Source of the DNA: Octopus bimaculoides
Taxonomy: Eukaryota
Assembly (NCBI RefSeq): GCF_001194135.2
Contig: NC_068983.1
Location: forward strand, 108,477,338 to 108,514,758
DNA length: 37,421 nucleotides
Direction: 5' to 3'
Positions 37,108-37,421 of this stretch are shown here, piece by piece. Both the position numbers and the translations under genes were made by a program. The notes under the pieces were generated by a model. It did no database searches and was not told where the DNA came from. It saw nothing but the letters and a program-made list of their open reading frames with translations. Each line of letters starts with the position of its first letter. Position 1 is the first letter of the stretch.

Positions 37108-37193
37108 CCAACAATTTCTGGATTGCTTTGAAATTGTGTTTTTTAAAATTAGATTCCGTTAGTAAAGCTTCAAATCTATTCTTGCTTATTTGT
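37108..37193 (-). CDS. Putative 86-nt coding exon QISKNRFEALLTESNFKKHNFKAIQKLL, product unknown
   Basis: Acceptor tacactaatag, donor gtatgg, phase 2 to 1, splices in frame to 33241; upstream exons would lie beyond the window end. Confidence 0.45.
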
Positions 37194-37384
37194 CTATTAG
37201 TGTACAGGTGGATGATTGTGAAAATGAGATAAAAACTTGTCAACAGTTTCTACTAAATTAAACTTCCCAAAATAAACTCTCAAAGATGAAATGAAAGAAA
37301 GATGAAAGAAACGAAGAGTCTATGTCAAATATATGAGTTTTATAATATATATAAATATACACCCACATGTGCATATATATATAT

Positions 37385-37421
<37 letters not shown>

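Overview
AT-rich, microsatellite-dense eukaryotic genomic DNA with eight N gaps. It is not prokaryotic: there are no operons, rRNA/tRNA genes or CRISPR. The repeat vocabulary (tRNA-derived SINEs with internal (TA)n/(CA)n tracts, RTE, R4/Dong-like, L1/Tx1-like and Penelope-like relics) fits an octopod cephalopod short-read assembly (inference). Nearly all ORFs in the supplied track are microsatellite, N-gap or decayed-retroelement artefacts. By eye, small GT-AG exons on the minus strand suggest the window lies inside a long-intron gene of unknown product, and one AG|GTAAGT site looks like a recursive splice point. The most striking structure is four mutually unrelated, diverged fold-back palindromes (127-2202, 2450-2710, 20136-20381, 35595-36096), three of them abutting (TA)n tracts. 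The largest carries a hammerhead-ribozyme-like motif damaged differently in each arm. A direct repeat-spacer-direct repeat unit at 23910-25105 also has a degenerate hammerhead-like core. All identities and alignments were estimated by eye; no database search or folding was run.
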